This document shows positions 49,768-59,094 of a DNA stretch of 64,000 nucleotides, piece after piece; positions within the stretch are counted from its first letter, which is position 1, and each line of letters starts with the position of its first letter. The notes beneath the pieces were generated by a model. It did no database searches and was not told the DNA's origin. It saw nothing but the letters and a program-made list of their open reading frames with translations. The stretch spans positions 64,001-128,000 of the forward strand of contig JBQLZK010000002.1 in NCBI GenBank assembly GCA_052168235.1, given 5' to 3'. This DNA is from Thainema sp. Lineage in GTDB: Bacteria; Cyanobacteriota; Cyanobacteriia; Phormidesmidales; Phormidesmidaceae. Position numbers and translations under genes: made by a program.

Positions 49768-49783
49768 TGTATTTCCTGATACA
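49768..49783 (-). promoter_or_regulatory. NtcA binding site upstream of amt
   Basis: TGTA-N8-TACA (TGTATTTCCTGATACA); amt genes are established NtcA targets. Confidence 0.85.
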
Positions 49784-49960
49784 CTTTCGAGGCAGAGATC
49801 GCTGGAATACGTGACGGAGAAGGCTTTAGAGAAATCTGAATAATCCAAAAAATCAACATAGTCTACGTGTATTTTAAGTATCAAATAGCACGCCGTTTTT
49901 ATTCTTGACTTTTACTGTAAGGTTTGCTGACTCGGTTCAAGCTGGTGACAAGCTGCCGGG

Positions 49961-50008
49961 CTTAATCGTCTACAAGCCTTGAGGAATCAAAGCTTGTAGA
50001 CGATTAAG
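49961..50008. repeat. Long hairpin downstream of purE
   Basis: CTTAATCGTCTACAAGC...GCTTGTAGACGATTAAG (17-bp perfect outer stem). Confidence 0.7.
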
Positions 50009-50099
50009 GGTATTAGGAATTTCAATACTGATTCTGGGTTGTCAAACCATAATGCGATCGCACTCCGGATTACACTGGAAATATCGTCGGCTACATTTG

Positions 50100-50618
50100 C
50101 TACATTTGCGCTAGGTAGGCTTGATACCCCAGCTTGTCTAAGTCTGTTTGCTTTTGCATCACCATTTCTAATAGCGATTGCCGATAGGCCAGAATTCGAT
50201 TCAATAATTCAGGTTGCTGACTACCTAAAATTTGAACGGCCAACAGCCCAGCATTTTTTGCGTTCCCAATTGCTACCGTCGCCACTGGAATGCCTCCTGG
50301 CATTTGCACAATTGAGTACAGCGAGTCTACGCCGCTGAGGGTGCTCGTTTTGACGGGTACACCAATCACGGGCAACGGCGTCAAGGCCGCCACCATGCCC
50401 GGTAAATGAGCGGCACCACCAGCTCCGGCAATAATCACTTTTAGCCCCCGCTCATGCGCCGTTTTGGCGTATTCCACCATTCGCTCGGGGGTCCGATGCG
50501 CGGAGACAATCGCGACTTCGTGAGCAACGTCAAACTGCTCACAAATTTCAATAGCCGCTTGCATGGTTGGCAGATCCGAATCGCTGCCCATGATGATGCC
50601 AATTTGAGGTTGAGACAT
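50100..50618 (-). CDS. purE: N5-carboxyaminoimidazole ribonucleotide mutase
   Basis: [24 protein letters not shown] and [13 protein letters not shown] motifs. Confidence 0.98.
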   Translation of the reverse strand: MSQPQIGIIMGSDSDLPTMQAAIEICEQFDVAHEVAIVSAHRTPERMVEYAKTAHERGLKVIIAGAGGAAHLPGMVAALTPLPVIGVPVKTSTLSGVDSLYSIVQMPGGIPVATVAIGNAKNAGLLAVQILGSQQPELLNRILAYRQSLLEMVMQKQTDLDKLGYQAYLAQM

Positions 50619-50685
50619 AGATTGTTATTCGTTTGAAAAGCACTCAATTCAAGTATTCTAGTGGCTGGTTGTTCTGTAAATCGCC

Positions 50686-51855
50686 ATGCTGGATCAACAG
50701 ACTACTCGCGTCACTGATTTGATTAATGCTCGGGTTGTAGGCTACGACGGCCTACAGCGTGTCCAAATTTGCGATCGCATCATCCAGTCCATTCAGCCGA
50801 TGCAGCTATTCTCAGCGGCGGAATCGAGCACGTCGGTGTTGGACATGGCTGGAGACTGGCTCTCCTTGGGCGGCATTGACCTGCAAATTAATGGCGCGTT
50901 GGGCTTGGCATTTCCTGATCTAAATGCACAGAATGCAACGAAACTGGTTGAAATTGGCCAGTTTTTGTGGAATCAGGGCGTAGACGGCTATCTGCCGACT
51001 CTAGTTACAACCTCTATTGACAAGATTCAGACCGCTCTCGCTGCGATCGCACCTTTTGTCCGCCAGCCCCAACCCGATGCAACGACCGCTCAGATCCTCG
51101 GTGTTCACCTGGAAGGCCCCTGTTTGAACGCTGAAAAACGCGGTGCTCATCCGGCAGAACACCTACAGCCGCTGTCTCTGGACAGTCTGCGGCAGATTCT
51201 GGGTGAGTATACCGACGTGGTCAAGGTGATTACCCTCGCACCCGAACTCGACCCGACTGGAGAAGTGATTCCCTATCTGCGATCGCACGGAATCACCGTT
51301 AGCCTTGGCCACTCCCAAGCCACAGCCGCTCAAGCTCAAGCAGCCTTTGATCAGGGTGCAACAATGGTGACGCACGCCTTTAACGCCATGCCGGGGCTGC
51401 ATCACCGCGAGCCGGGATTACTAGGAGCGGCGATTGTCGATCCGCGTGTTCAGTGTGGCCTAATTGCTGATGGTCAGCATGTGTGTTCCACAATGATGGA
51501 CATTCTGTTGCGCGCCTCACGTTACGAACAGGGCCTTTTCCTGGTCAGTGATGCCCTGGCTCCGTTGGGACTGTCTGATGGTCGCTATCCCTGGGATGAG
51601 CGCGAAATCGAAGTGGTTCAGGGGACGGCACGACTGCTGAATGGGACTCTTTCTGGCACGACGCGCCCACTGCTGGATGGAGTGAAAAACCTGGTGGATT
51701 GGGGCTTATGCGATTTGAAAACTGCGATCGCACTCGCAACCCTCGCTCCTCGTCGCGCAATTGGTTTGGTGGATAGTTACATCGGCCAACCTGCCCATTT
51801 GCTGCGCTGGCAGGGTACGACTTGGTCACGGCTGTTTGAGCCGAACACCCATTAA
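50686..51855 (+). CDS. nagA: N-acetylglucosamine-6-phosphate deacetylase
   Basis: IDLQING, HLEGP, KRGAH, SLGHS, THAFNAM and IADGQHV motifs. Confidence 0.95.
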   Translation: MLDQQTTRVTDLINARVVGYDGLQRVQICDRIIQSIQPMQLFSAAESSTSVLDMAGDWLSLGGIDLQINGALGLAFPDLNAQNATKLVEIGQFLWNQGVDGYLPTLVTTSIDKIQTALAAIAPFVRQPQPDATTAQILGVHLEGPCLNAEKRGAHPAEHLQPLSLDSLRQILGEYTDVVKVITLAPELDPTGEVIPYLRSHGITVSLGHSQATAAQAQAAFDQGATMVTHAFNAMPGLHHREPGLLGAAIVDPRVQCGLIADGQHVCSTMMDILLRASRYEQGLFLVSDALAPLGLSDGRYPWDEREIEVVQGTARLLNGTLSGTTRPLLDGVKNLVDWGLCDLKTAIALATLAPRRAIGLVDSYIGQPAHLLRWQGTTWSRLFEPNTH

Positions 51856-51976
51856 CAAAACGTAATCAACAAACACCCCCGCATCTTGGCATGCTTGTAA
51901 ACGCATGCTAATTTCGGTAACGCTTTAATACACGTTTTCATTCCGTACTCAACTCATCCCGCACTTTATTAATACT

Positions 51977-52660
51977 ATGCCGACCACCACTACTGACGAT
52001 AAAACTGTTGTTCGCGAATATTTCAACTCTACAGGCTTCGACCGTTGGCGGCGCATCTACGGCGAGGGCGAAGTAAATAAAGTGCAGTTGGATATTCGCA
52101 AAGGTCATCAGCAAACCATTGACACCGTTTTGGCTTGGCTGCGCGACGATGGCGATACCGCAGGTCGCAGTATTTGTGACGCTGGCTGTGGCACCGGTAG
52201 CCTCAGCATTCCGCTGGCCGAAATGGGTGCAAACGTTTATGCGACCGATATTTCAGAAAAGATGGTCGGAGAGGCGAAAGAGCGGGCCGCCGGACTGAAT
52301 GGTCAAGCACCAACGTTCGAAGTGAAAGACTTAGAAAGCCTGTCCGGCAGCTATCACACTGTCATTTGCCTGGATGTGCTGATCCACTATCCTCAGGACA
52401 AGGCAGCCGACATGATTCAGCACCTCAGCTCATTGGCTGAATCGCGCCTAATCCTCAGCTTTGCGCCTAAAACCTTTGCCTACAGCCTGCTGAAGAAAAT
52501 TGGTGAGTTTTTTCCTGGCCCCAGCAAAACCACGCGAGCTTACTTACACAAAGAGTCTGATGTGGTTACCATCCTGGAGCGCAATGGCTGGCAAATTAAG
52601 CGCAACGGCATGACCAAGACCCAGTTTTATTTCTCCCGAATCCTGGAAGCAACCAAATAA
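51977..52660 (+). CDS. chlM: Magnesium protoporphyrin IX methyltransferase
   Basis: YFNSTGFDRWRRIYG, CDAGCGTG, CLDVLIHYP and TRAYLH motifs. Confidence 0.97.
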   Translation: MPTTTTDDKTVVREYFNSTGFDRWRRIYGEGEVNKVQLDIRKGHQQTIDTVLAWLRDDGDTAGRSICDAGCGTGSLSIPLAEMGANVYATDISEKMVGEAKERAAGLNGQAPTFEVKDLESLSGSYHTVICLDVLIHYPQDKAADMIQHLSSLAESRLILSFAPKTFAYSLLKKIGEFFPGPSKTTRAYLHKESDVVTILERNGWQIKRNGMTKTQFYFSRILEATK

Positions 52661-52724
52661 GTTCTGTCTGGATTTTAAGTATGAGTATAGTGGTTCCGTC
52701 GCCATGCTCATGCTCATGTCTAGA

Positions 52725-52822
52725 TATAGCAATGGCTAGGTGTGTCAGGTAGGGACATTTTGTGGAGCGGTTCAACCGCCCCACAAAATGTCCCTGTCCT
52801 AACTTAGCTGGCTACAGCGATA
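52725..52822. mobile_element. MITE family A, copy 3
   Basis: TA-TAGCAATGGC ... GTCCTAACTTAGCTGGCTACAGCGA-TA; internal 22-bp hairpin at 52751-52795 with one mismatch. Confidence 0.75.
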
Positions 52823-52939
52823 TTTCTAGATTTTGAGTTTATGGCGGTCAATTGATTTGAGCAGGCTAAGATTGCGGATATTTGAGATCCGGACTTGGAT
52901 CTTGACTTAAACATTTGCGATCGCAGTTGAACAACGGCT

Positions 52940-53461
52940 ATGAAATTACTGAAGTGGATATTTGGAGGATGCTTTGCCACCGCTGGTCTACTTTGGTTGC
53001 TGCTGTGTATTGCGATCGCAGCGGTTGAAAAGTTCGAAGATCCTTCTGAGCGAGTTAACATCTTGGCCGCAGGCTTCGTAATGGGTTTGCCGCCCAGCCT
53101 GCTCGGCGGCGTGTTGCTGTGGAGCGCTTACCAGCAAGGGCAACGCGAGTATCACGATCGGCTGTGGAACGCCTTTTACGAGTTAATTCAAACTGACGGT
53201 GGTCATATTTCAGCCCTGAGCTACGCAATGAAAGCGAAGGTAACTGGGGAAGTTGCGCGGCAGTTTTTAGATGCGCGTTCGAGAGAATTCAATGGTCATT
53301 TTCGCGTCAGCGCTGAAGGCGATATTTCCTACTGGTTCAGTCCTCAGCTTGGGCAAGGTAAACCGTCATATCAGCTCGACCAGGTCTTAGATCCGTTACC
53401 TCTGGATACTTTGCCGCTAGAATCTTCACCGGAATCGACTTATCCGGAGCAAGAACTATGA
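52940..53461 (+). CDS. Two-TM hypothetical membrane protein
   Basis: 173 aa; paralogous to the next gene. Confidence 0.75.
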   Translation: MKLLKWIFGGCFATAGLLWLLLCIAIAAVEKFEDPSERVNILAAGFVMGLPPSLLGGVLLWSAYQQGQREYHDRLWNAFYELIQTDGGHISALSYAMKAKVTGEVARQFLDARSREFNGHFRVSAEGDISYWFSPQLGQGKPSYQLDQVLDPLPLDTLPLESSPESTYPEQEL

Positions 53462-54126
53462 AACTGGTTAAGCGAATTGCGGCTGGAGTACTTCTAGCAT
53501 GGGGCTTTATCTGTGCAGTCCGAGTCGTTGATGTATCGCTGGCGCGACAAATTGATCCACCTGATCGACGCAATATTATTGTGGCCTGTTTAATGCTTGG
53601 CACTCCGGCTTTGGCAGGTGGTGGCTGGCTCGTATGGCAAGAACAGCAGCGACGAGAGCAACAGATTGACAAGCGACTGCAAGCCGTCTTCTTTCAACTG
53701 CTGCGTCAAGGGGAAGGTTATATCTCGGTCTTACCCTTCGCTATGCAAACCGAGCTGAATGCCGCCGAGGCTAAAGCTTATCTCGATCAGCGAGCTAGAG
53801 ACTTCCAAGCTGATTTTCAGGTCAGCGAGACGGGGCAAGTCTTCTACTATTTCGATATCAATGGCATAAGCTCCAAGCAACTCGGTGGTGCGGTCGCGTT
53901 AGAGCGGTTTGACGTCGTCTTAGAGTCGTTCCCGTCCCATGAGCGACGATTGGTCATTCGAGCCATCAAGCAAATCCGCGATTGCTCTTGGAAGGAGGCG
54001 AAAGCGCTCGTAGACTATGTTCCTTTCCCAGTGCAGCAAAACATTGACCGCCCATTAGCAGAAGCGGCTCAACGCAAACTCGCTGCAACGGGTGCAAACG
54101 TGATTTTGATCCTAAAGAATGCGTAG
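53458..54126 (+). CDS. Two-TM protein with C-terminal ribosomal L7/L12-like domain
   Basis: C-terminus FDVVLES...VIRAIKQI...KEAKALVD..P...AEAAQRKLAATGANV matches the L7/L12 CTD pattern. Confidence 0.7.
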   Translation: MKLVKRIAAGVLLAWGFICAVRVVDVSLARQIDPPDRRNIIVACLMLGTPALAGGGWLVWQEQQRREQQIDKRLQAVFFQLLRQGEGYISVLPFAMQTELNAAEAKAYLDQRARDFQADFQVSETGQVFYYFDINGISSKQLGGAVALERFDVVLESFPSHERRLVIRAIKQIRDCSWKEAKALVDYVPFPVQQNIDRPLAEAAQRKLAATGANVILILKNA

Positions 54127-54257
54127 CAACCAGATGGATACCAACATGAAATCCGCTTGAAAACCAAAGCGGATTTCAAGCGGATTGATGGGGTATATGT
54201 TTTGTTTTCTATGTTTTTATCGAAAAAGCCTTTGTCAGAAAGCTCTGTGCAGACAAG

Positions 54258-55037
54258 TTACTCTACATGAGTCGAGGTCATTGACTGCTGCAATGATTTC
54301 AGTCCTTTCTTAATCCGGCGCGAAACCGTAACGGCACTGATGCCTAAGCGCTCTGCGGTTTCTTTTTGCGTTAAGTCCTGCAAGAAAACGAACTCTAGAA
54401 CTTCTCGGGTGCGATTTTCGAGTTGGGACAGACACTGCTGAAGTCGAATTTGGTCTTCCTGAGCCAGTTGGAAACTCCGATAACGAGCATCGGGAATTAA
54501 ATCTCCCAAAGATGCAGTATTTTCGTCGTCTTCCCGCATGGGAGCATCTAAACTGAGCGGCTCTTTGTTGCGACCTGCTAGCTTAATCTCCTGCCATTCG
54601 CTGACCTCAACTTCCAAGTAGGTAGCCACTTCTAGGTCTGAGGGATAGCGACCCGTTTCAGATTGGAACTGTCGAGTAAACCGAATGGCTTGTCGCTGCA
54701 AACGCTGCCAGCGTCTGGGAATGCGTAGCGAACTAGCTTTATCTCTCAAATAGTGCTGAATTTCACCACGAATATAGGGAATTGCAAACGAACTAAACGC
54801 ATGCCCTTTGGATAGGTCAAATCGTTCAATTGCACGGATTAGACCGAGACTGCCGATCTGAACGAGATCATCATAGAGTTCAGTACACTGATTCACCCAA
54901 TGGTGAGCCTCTTTGCGTGCTAGCCCGATATTGAGCTGCACCAGCCGATTTCGGAGTTCGGGAGAGGGCGATTGCTGATATTGACGCAACAGCTCAAGGG
55001 TTTCGCTTTTCAGTTCGTGGTGACAAGTGGTAGGCAT
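54258..55037 (-). CDS. sigF: RNA polymerase sigma factor SigF (group 3)
   Basis: LVQLNIGL, GLIRAIERFD, AFSSFAIPYIRGEIQHYLRD and YRSFQLAQED motifs. Confidence 0.93.
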   Translation of the reverse strand: MPTTCHHELKSETLELLRQYQQSPSPELRNRLVQLNIGLARKEAHHWVNQCTELYDDLVQIGSLGLIRAIERFDLSKGHAFSSFAIPYIRGEIQHYLRDKASSLRIPRRWQRLQRQAIRFTRQFQSETGRYPSDLEVATYLEVEVSEWQEIKLAGRNKEPLSLDAPMREDDENTASLGDLIPDARYRSFQLAQEDQIRLQQCLSQLENRTREVLEFVFLQDLTQKETAERLGISAVTVSRRIKKGLKSLQQSMTSTHVE

Positions 55038-55425
55038 GACGACATCAGGAGGTAGATTGCAGGACTGGTATCAGAGGAAGAACAACTGTCATTCATTTGG
55101 TGCTTCCTTAGGATGGCGATGTGCCAAACAGTGCGCAAAGACAATTCAAACTTAGTACCAACATTATTCAGTTAGGGACAGGTTTATCAACCTCATTTCT
55201 ACTGAATCCTGCATAAACAAGTAAGTTCCGGTAGTTTATAAAAAGCTGTCTCTTATGGTCGAAAAACTATGCAATCTGGTCAGGATCGATAGTTGAGATA
55301 GATGCAACAAAATGTAACTCTTATGCATAATTCTACGGAGCAGATGCGTAAACCTTATTTAAGGAATACTACATCACAGGCCAAAAATATCAATTACTGC
55401 TGTGTGTTCAAGCAAGATTTACATA

Positions 55426-56547
55426 CTATGCATCCCAGACTTGATACTGAGCAATTTTGCTGAAATTCCCAGTGGCGTAGCACAACATTCTCAGCTTGTT
55501 AAGCGCCTGTTGTTCTAAACGAGAATCTTTCATTTGCTGTACGATGGTTAATCGCTGTTCGCAACAGTCAAGCGCCTTGTTTTGTTGTCCTAATGCACTG
55601 TAGGCGGTACTAAGGCTTTCTAACGTTTGTTCTTCACTCCGGTAGTCTCCGTGCTGCTGAGCCAGTTCTAGCCGCTGTTGTAGGTAATGAATCGCTTTTT
55701 GGTAGTCGCCGATGGTACTGCAAGCATTGGCTAAATTGCGCAGAATTTGATTAATACTACGCGGATCTTGCTGCTGTTGTGCGATGCTCAAAACTCGCTC
55801 ATAGTAGTTAACGGTATCGGCATAGTTCCCCATCGCGTGGGCTGCGTTGCCGAGGTTCCGTAGGATTTGTTTTTCAATGGCATGTTCTTGTAGATTTTGT
55901 GCGATCGCAAGACTTGCTTTGTAATAGCTGATGGCCGAATCGTAGTCGCCGCGCGCCCGGTAAACCATGCCTAAGTTGTTCAGCGCAGCCATTTCTTTCA
56001 TTGGATCATTTAAACGTTGAGCCAGTTCCAAAGCCTGCTGTTTATATTGAATGGCCTTGCCATAATCTTGCAAATGTCGATACGCATTCCCTAAATTAGC
56101 CAATGCCTGATGCTCAAGTTCAATATCTCCAAGATTTTGAGCAACCATTAAGCTTTGGCGTCCACACGTAATGGACGCCCCGTACTCAGCTAGCGAATAG
56201 TAGGTCAGCGCTAACCAGCTTAAAATTTTTCCTTCTAATGGCAGTCCATCCTCATTGAGCTGGCGACACTGTTCTAAAGCTTCTTCTAACAATGCACAAG
56301 CCGACTGAAAATGGCCCGTACGATATTGCTGGATCCCCCTTTGGCATCGAGCTTCTGCGGTACTGCCAGATTCCCTCGCTTCAGCAATCAGCGAAGCATC
56401 GTTTGCTGAAGCGAGGGAATCTACTTTGCTTCGAGATAAAGCTGGAATTGTGCCACGAGACAGTCGGGTGACGCGGTTTTGGGCATCACTAGAGTAATCA
56501 TTAACTGGAAATGGTTTTGCATTCATCGCAAGCAAAGCATCCTTCAC
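55426..56547 (-). CDS. Tetratricopeptide repeat protein
   Basis: About 40-aa repeats of the form LxNLGxAY...Y..AI.Y...L.AQ. Confidence 0.9.
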   Translation of the reverse strand: MKDALLAMNAKPFPVNDYSSDAQNRVTRLSRGTIPALSRSKVDSLASANDASLIAEARESGSTAEARCQRGIQQYRTGHFQSACALLEEALEQCRQLNEDGLPLEGKILSWLALTYYSLAEYGASITCGRQSLMVAQNLGDIELEHQALANLGNAYRHLQDYGKAIQYKQQALELAQRLNDPMKEMAALNNLGMVYRARGDYDSAISYYKASLAIAQNLQEHAIEKQILRNLGNAAHAMGNYADTVNYYERVLSIAQQQQDPRSINQILRNLANACSTIGDYQKAIHYLQQRLELAQQHGDYRSEEQTLESLSTAYSALGQQNKALDCCEQRLTIVQQMKDSRLEQQALNKLRMLCYATGNFSKIAQYQVWDA

Positions 56548-56830
56548 AATTCAGTGCAATTAAAGCATCATGCGAAGAGGCACTGAGGCAAGAAAATAGG
56601 AGTGTGCAATAGTCTTCCAGTTGGAATACGCTTGCGAACCACTCCTCCACTTCACATTCTTCGATTTGTTCTTTAACTTTAGATAAATCAATGGCTAGCC
56701 CCCACCGTGATATTCCGCATTTCTGAAAATGCCTACTGAGTAAAGACGTCCTAGAAAATACGGTACTTTGCGGACATCAACCGTTAGATGCCGTCATATT
56801 TAACCTATCCCTCAAATGGTCACTCAGTAC

Positions 56831-56846
56831 TGTGACGGAGATCACG
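56831..56846. promoter_or_regulatory. CRP-like binding site
   Basis: TGTGA-cggaga-TCACG versus consensus TGTGA-N6-TCACA (9/10). Confidence 0.55.
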
Positions 56847-56901
56847 TCGTAAGTTGATTGAGATCGTATTTCTCTAATGGTGAATCGCGCATACTCTATA
56901 T

Positions 56902-56979
56902 AGACTCAACTCTAGCCGAGTCATCAACAGGGAACACACAACTGCCGACAGCTTTCTTCGTGAGAGATGTCGGTTTTTT
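56902..56979 (+). ncRNA. Candidate small RNA (~78 nt)
   Basis: A 5' hairpin, an A/C-rich single-stranded linker and a plus-strand intrinsic terminator, in an intergenic region where both neighbours are minus-strand. Confidence 0.5.
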
Positions 56980-57013
56980 ATTGGATAGTTTTTGATTGAT
57001 TTTTCTTGGACAA

Positions 57014-57060
57014 AAAAGAGGAGTGATGGTTGTCCTCGAAACAAACATCACTCCTCTTTT
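57014..57060 (-). terminator. slyD terminator
   Basis: AAAAGAGGAGTGATG...CATCACTCCTCTTTT. Confidence 0.75.
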
Positions 57061-57079
57061 CGGGATGGCTAGGCGAAAC

Positions 57080-57508
57080 TTACACAATTTCGACTAGCTC
57101 AATATCAAATATGAGATTTTCGCCTGCTAGCGGATGATTTGCATCCAGCGTTACCTTACTCTCGGATACATCAGTGACAAGCACTGGAATTGCTTGGCCA
57201 TTGGGTTGGCCGATCTGAAGTTGCTGACCAACTGCCAGTGGGATATCCGCTGGAATTTGCTGGCGCTCAACCACAACCACCCGTTCCGGATTGTGGGAAC
57301 CATAGGCTTGATCAGGAGGAATACTAGCCGTTTTGGATTCGCCCGGACTCATTCCCATCACAGCAGACTCAAATCCAGGGATGATGCCGCCTGATCCAAC
57401 GGAAAATTCTAGCGGTTCACGGTTTGCAGAGGAATCAAAGACCGTTCCGTCTTCGAGCTTCCCGGTGTAGTGTACTTTGACTGTATCGCCGGTTTTGACT
57501 TGTGACAT
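57080..57508 (-). CDS. slyD: FKBP-type peptidyl-prolyl isomerase (SlyD/SlpA-like)
   Basis: VKVHYTGKLEDGTVFDSS, IIPGFE, AYG and DANHPLAG motifs. Confidence 0.9.
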   Translation of the reverse strand: MSQVKTGDTVKVHYTGKLEDGTVFDSSANREPLEFSVGSGGIIPGFESAVMGMSPGESKTASIPPDQAYGSHNPERVVVVERQQIPADIPLAVGQQLQIGQPNGQAIPVLVTDVSESKVTLDANHPLAGENLIFDIELVEIV

Positions 57509-57593
57509 AAGAAGTTGCCTCGTTATCTAGTGCCACCTTAACAACTACTTGGCAATTACCCCTCAGGCCTTAGGCATTTCTAGAGATTTCCAA

Positions 57594-58895
57594 TTAATCA
57601 AAAATATTAAAAATGCCAAAGACGGTAGATAGAATGCGGCCAATGGGACTTGTAATCTGACCAGCTGAGTCAGAAAAACGGGTTAACCCAGAGCGTCCGA
57701 CAACGATGACATCATTTTCGAGCAGTGCAGGATTATTCTCTTCACTCAACTCATTCCCTAAGTCAATTTCAATCTCTCGTTCGACGACAGTGCCATCTGG
57801 ATTGAGCCGCACTAGATTGACTTCATCCTTTTCAGCTCGCACCGGATCAAATCCACCGGCTGAGAGGAGAGCCTGATTGAGTGGCGTATTGGGGGCAACT
57901 TGAATGGGGCCAGGGGATTCAACTTCACCAATTACAAATACCGTAATCGTTTCGGGTGAAATGCTGGTCGAACCGATTTGAATCGCTTCCGCTGCCGTGA
58001 GCGCTTCTGCTGTGGGAATAAAAATAGAATCACCACTTTGCAGCGTAATGTCTTTACTCAGATTTGCATTAGTGACGAGCTCCCACAGGTTAACCGTCAT
58101 CGACTGATCAGGACTACCAGAAGAGGCTCGCTGGACTTCTACTTCTCGAAGATTGGCACGTGGTGTAATACCGCCAGCAAGCTGAATCGCTTCGGTCAGC
58201 GTGGGAAATCCGCCTTCTTGTCGCTGCTCTAGTGAAATCGTGTAGGAACCTGGACGTTTGACGGCACCTGCGATCGCAACTCGTACCGGACGCAGAGCTA
58301 GGGGAGAAACCGTCACAACGGCTCGCCGTAAATAGGGACGATAGGCCACTGAGATCGCATCTGCCGCTTCTGTAAAGGTCAAACCTTGAACCGCAACACT
58401 GCCAGCAGTTGGTAAGTTCACCGTGCCATCGGTTAGAATCAGCGCTTCACCACTGTATTGCTCTGCCCCAAAAATGCTGATAGCAACGCGATCTCCAGGT
58501 CCTAAGGTATAGCGATCGCTAATCGTGGGTATAGTGGGTGCAGCCTGTGGTGGCACATAAGAATCTTGATTATTTTCGTTGAAAATGTCGTAGCGAGTAG
58601 ATGGACTAGCGGAATTGCCTCCAGGCGAGAGTTCCGGTAGGGGAGTGGTCTGTACCGGATAGTCGGCAATATAGTGTTGGGACTCCAGATTATCTAAACT
58701 ATCTGCTTGAGGGCTAGAATGCTGATGCTGATTGGGCTGAACGGTCAGAGCAAGATTGCTATTGCTGATTGCAAGAGGTTCATCAACTAGCTGAAGCGAT
58801 TGTGCGATCGCACAATCTGACAACATCCAGAGCGAGACCAAAGCCGCGCTACCGCATAAAAATCGTGGAGATTTAGGAAACCAAGCCATAATCAA
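57594..58895 (-). CDS. Polysaccharide export protein (Wza/SLBB domains)
   Basis: YTLGPGD, DGTVNLP, SLBB repeats (GAVKRPG, GEVESPG) and a C-terminal amphipathic helix. Confidence 0.88.
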   Translation of the reverse strand: MIMAWFPKSPRFLCGSAALVSLWMLSDCAIAQSLQLVDEPLAISNSNLALTVQPNQHQHSSPQADSLDNLESQHYIADYPVQTTPLPELSPGGNSASPSTRYDIFNENNQDSYVPPQAAPTIPTISDRYTLGPGDRVAISIFGAEQYSGEALILTDGTVNLPTAGSVAVQGLTFTEAADAISVAYRPYLRRAVVTVSPLALRPVRVAIAGAVKRPGSYTISLEQRQEGGFPTLTEAIQLAGGITPRANLREVEVQRASSGSPDQSMTVNLWELVTNANLSKDITLQSGDSIFIPTAEALTAAEAIQIGSTSISPETITVFVIGEVESPGPIQVAPNTPLNQALLSAGGFDPVRAEKDEVNLVRLNPDGTVVEREIEIDLGNELSEENNPALLENDVIVVGRSGLTRFSDSAGQITSPIGRILSTVFGIFNIFD

Positions 58896-59094
58896 CTCGC
58901 TTGTTTTTGCTTCAAGACGGGCAAAGATGATGCTTGTTTCCTTTTTCTCAAACTCGATGGCTGATCCGGATGGTGATCGTGGTGTTGTGGTAAAGACGCC
59001 GACCTACTGATGGGTCTAGTGCTGAGCTACAATTTGCTTCACTCCCCACGTCTCTCGCCTCACGTCGCCGAGAACCGGAAATACCCGAAACGTA

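Noticed and set aside
52686..52720. TATAGTGGTTCC resembling a family B end, plus a CATGCT repeat
   Set aside because: The similarity is limited to about 12 bp with no second end.
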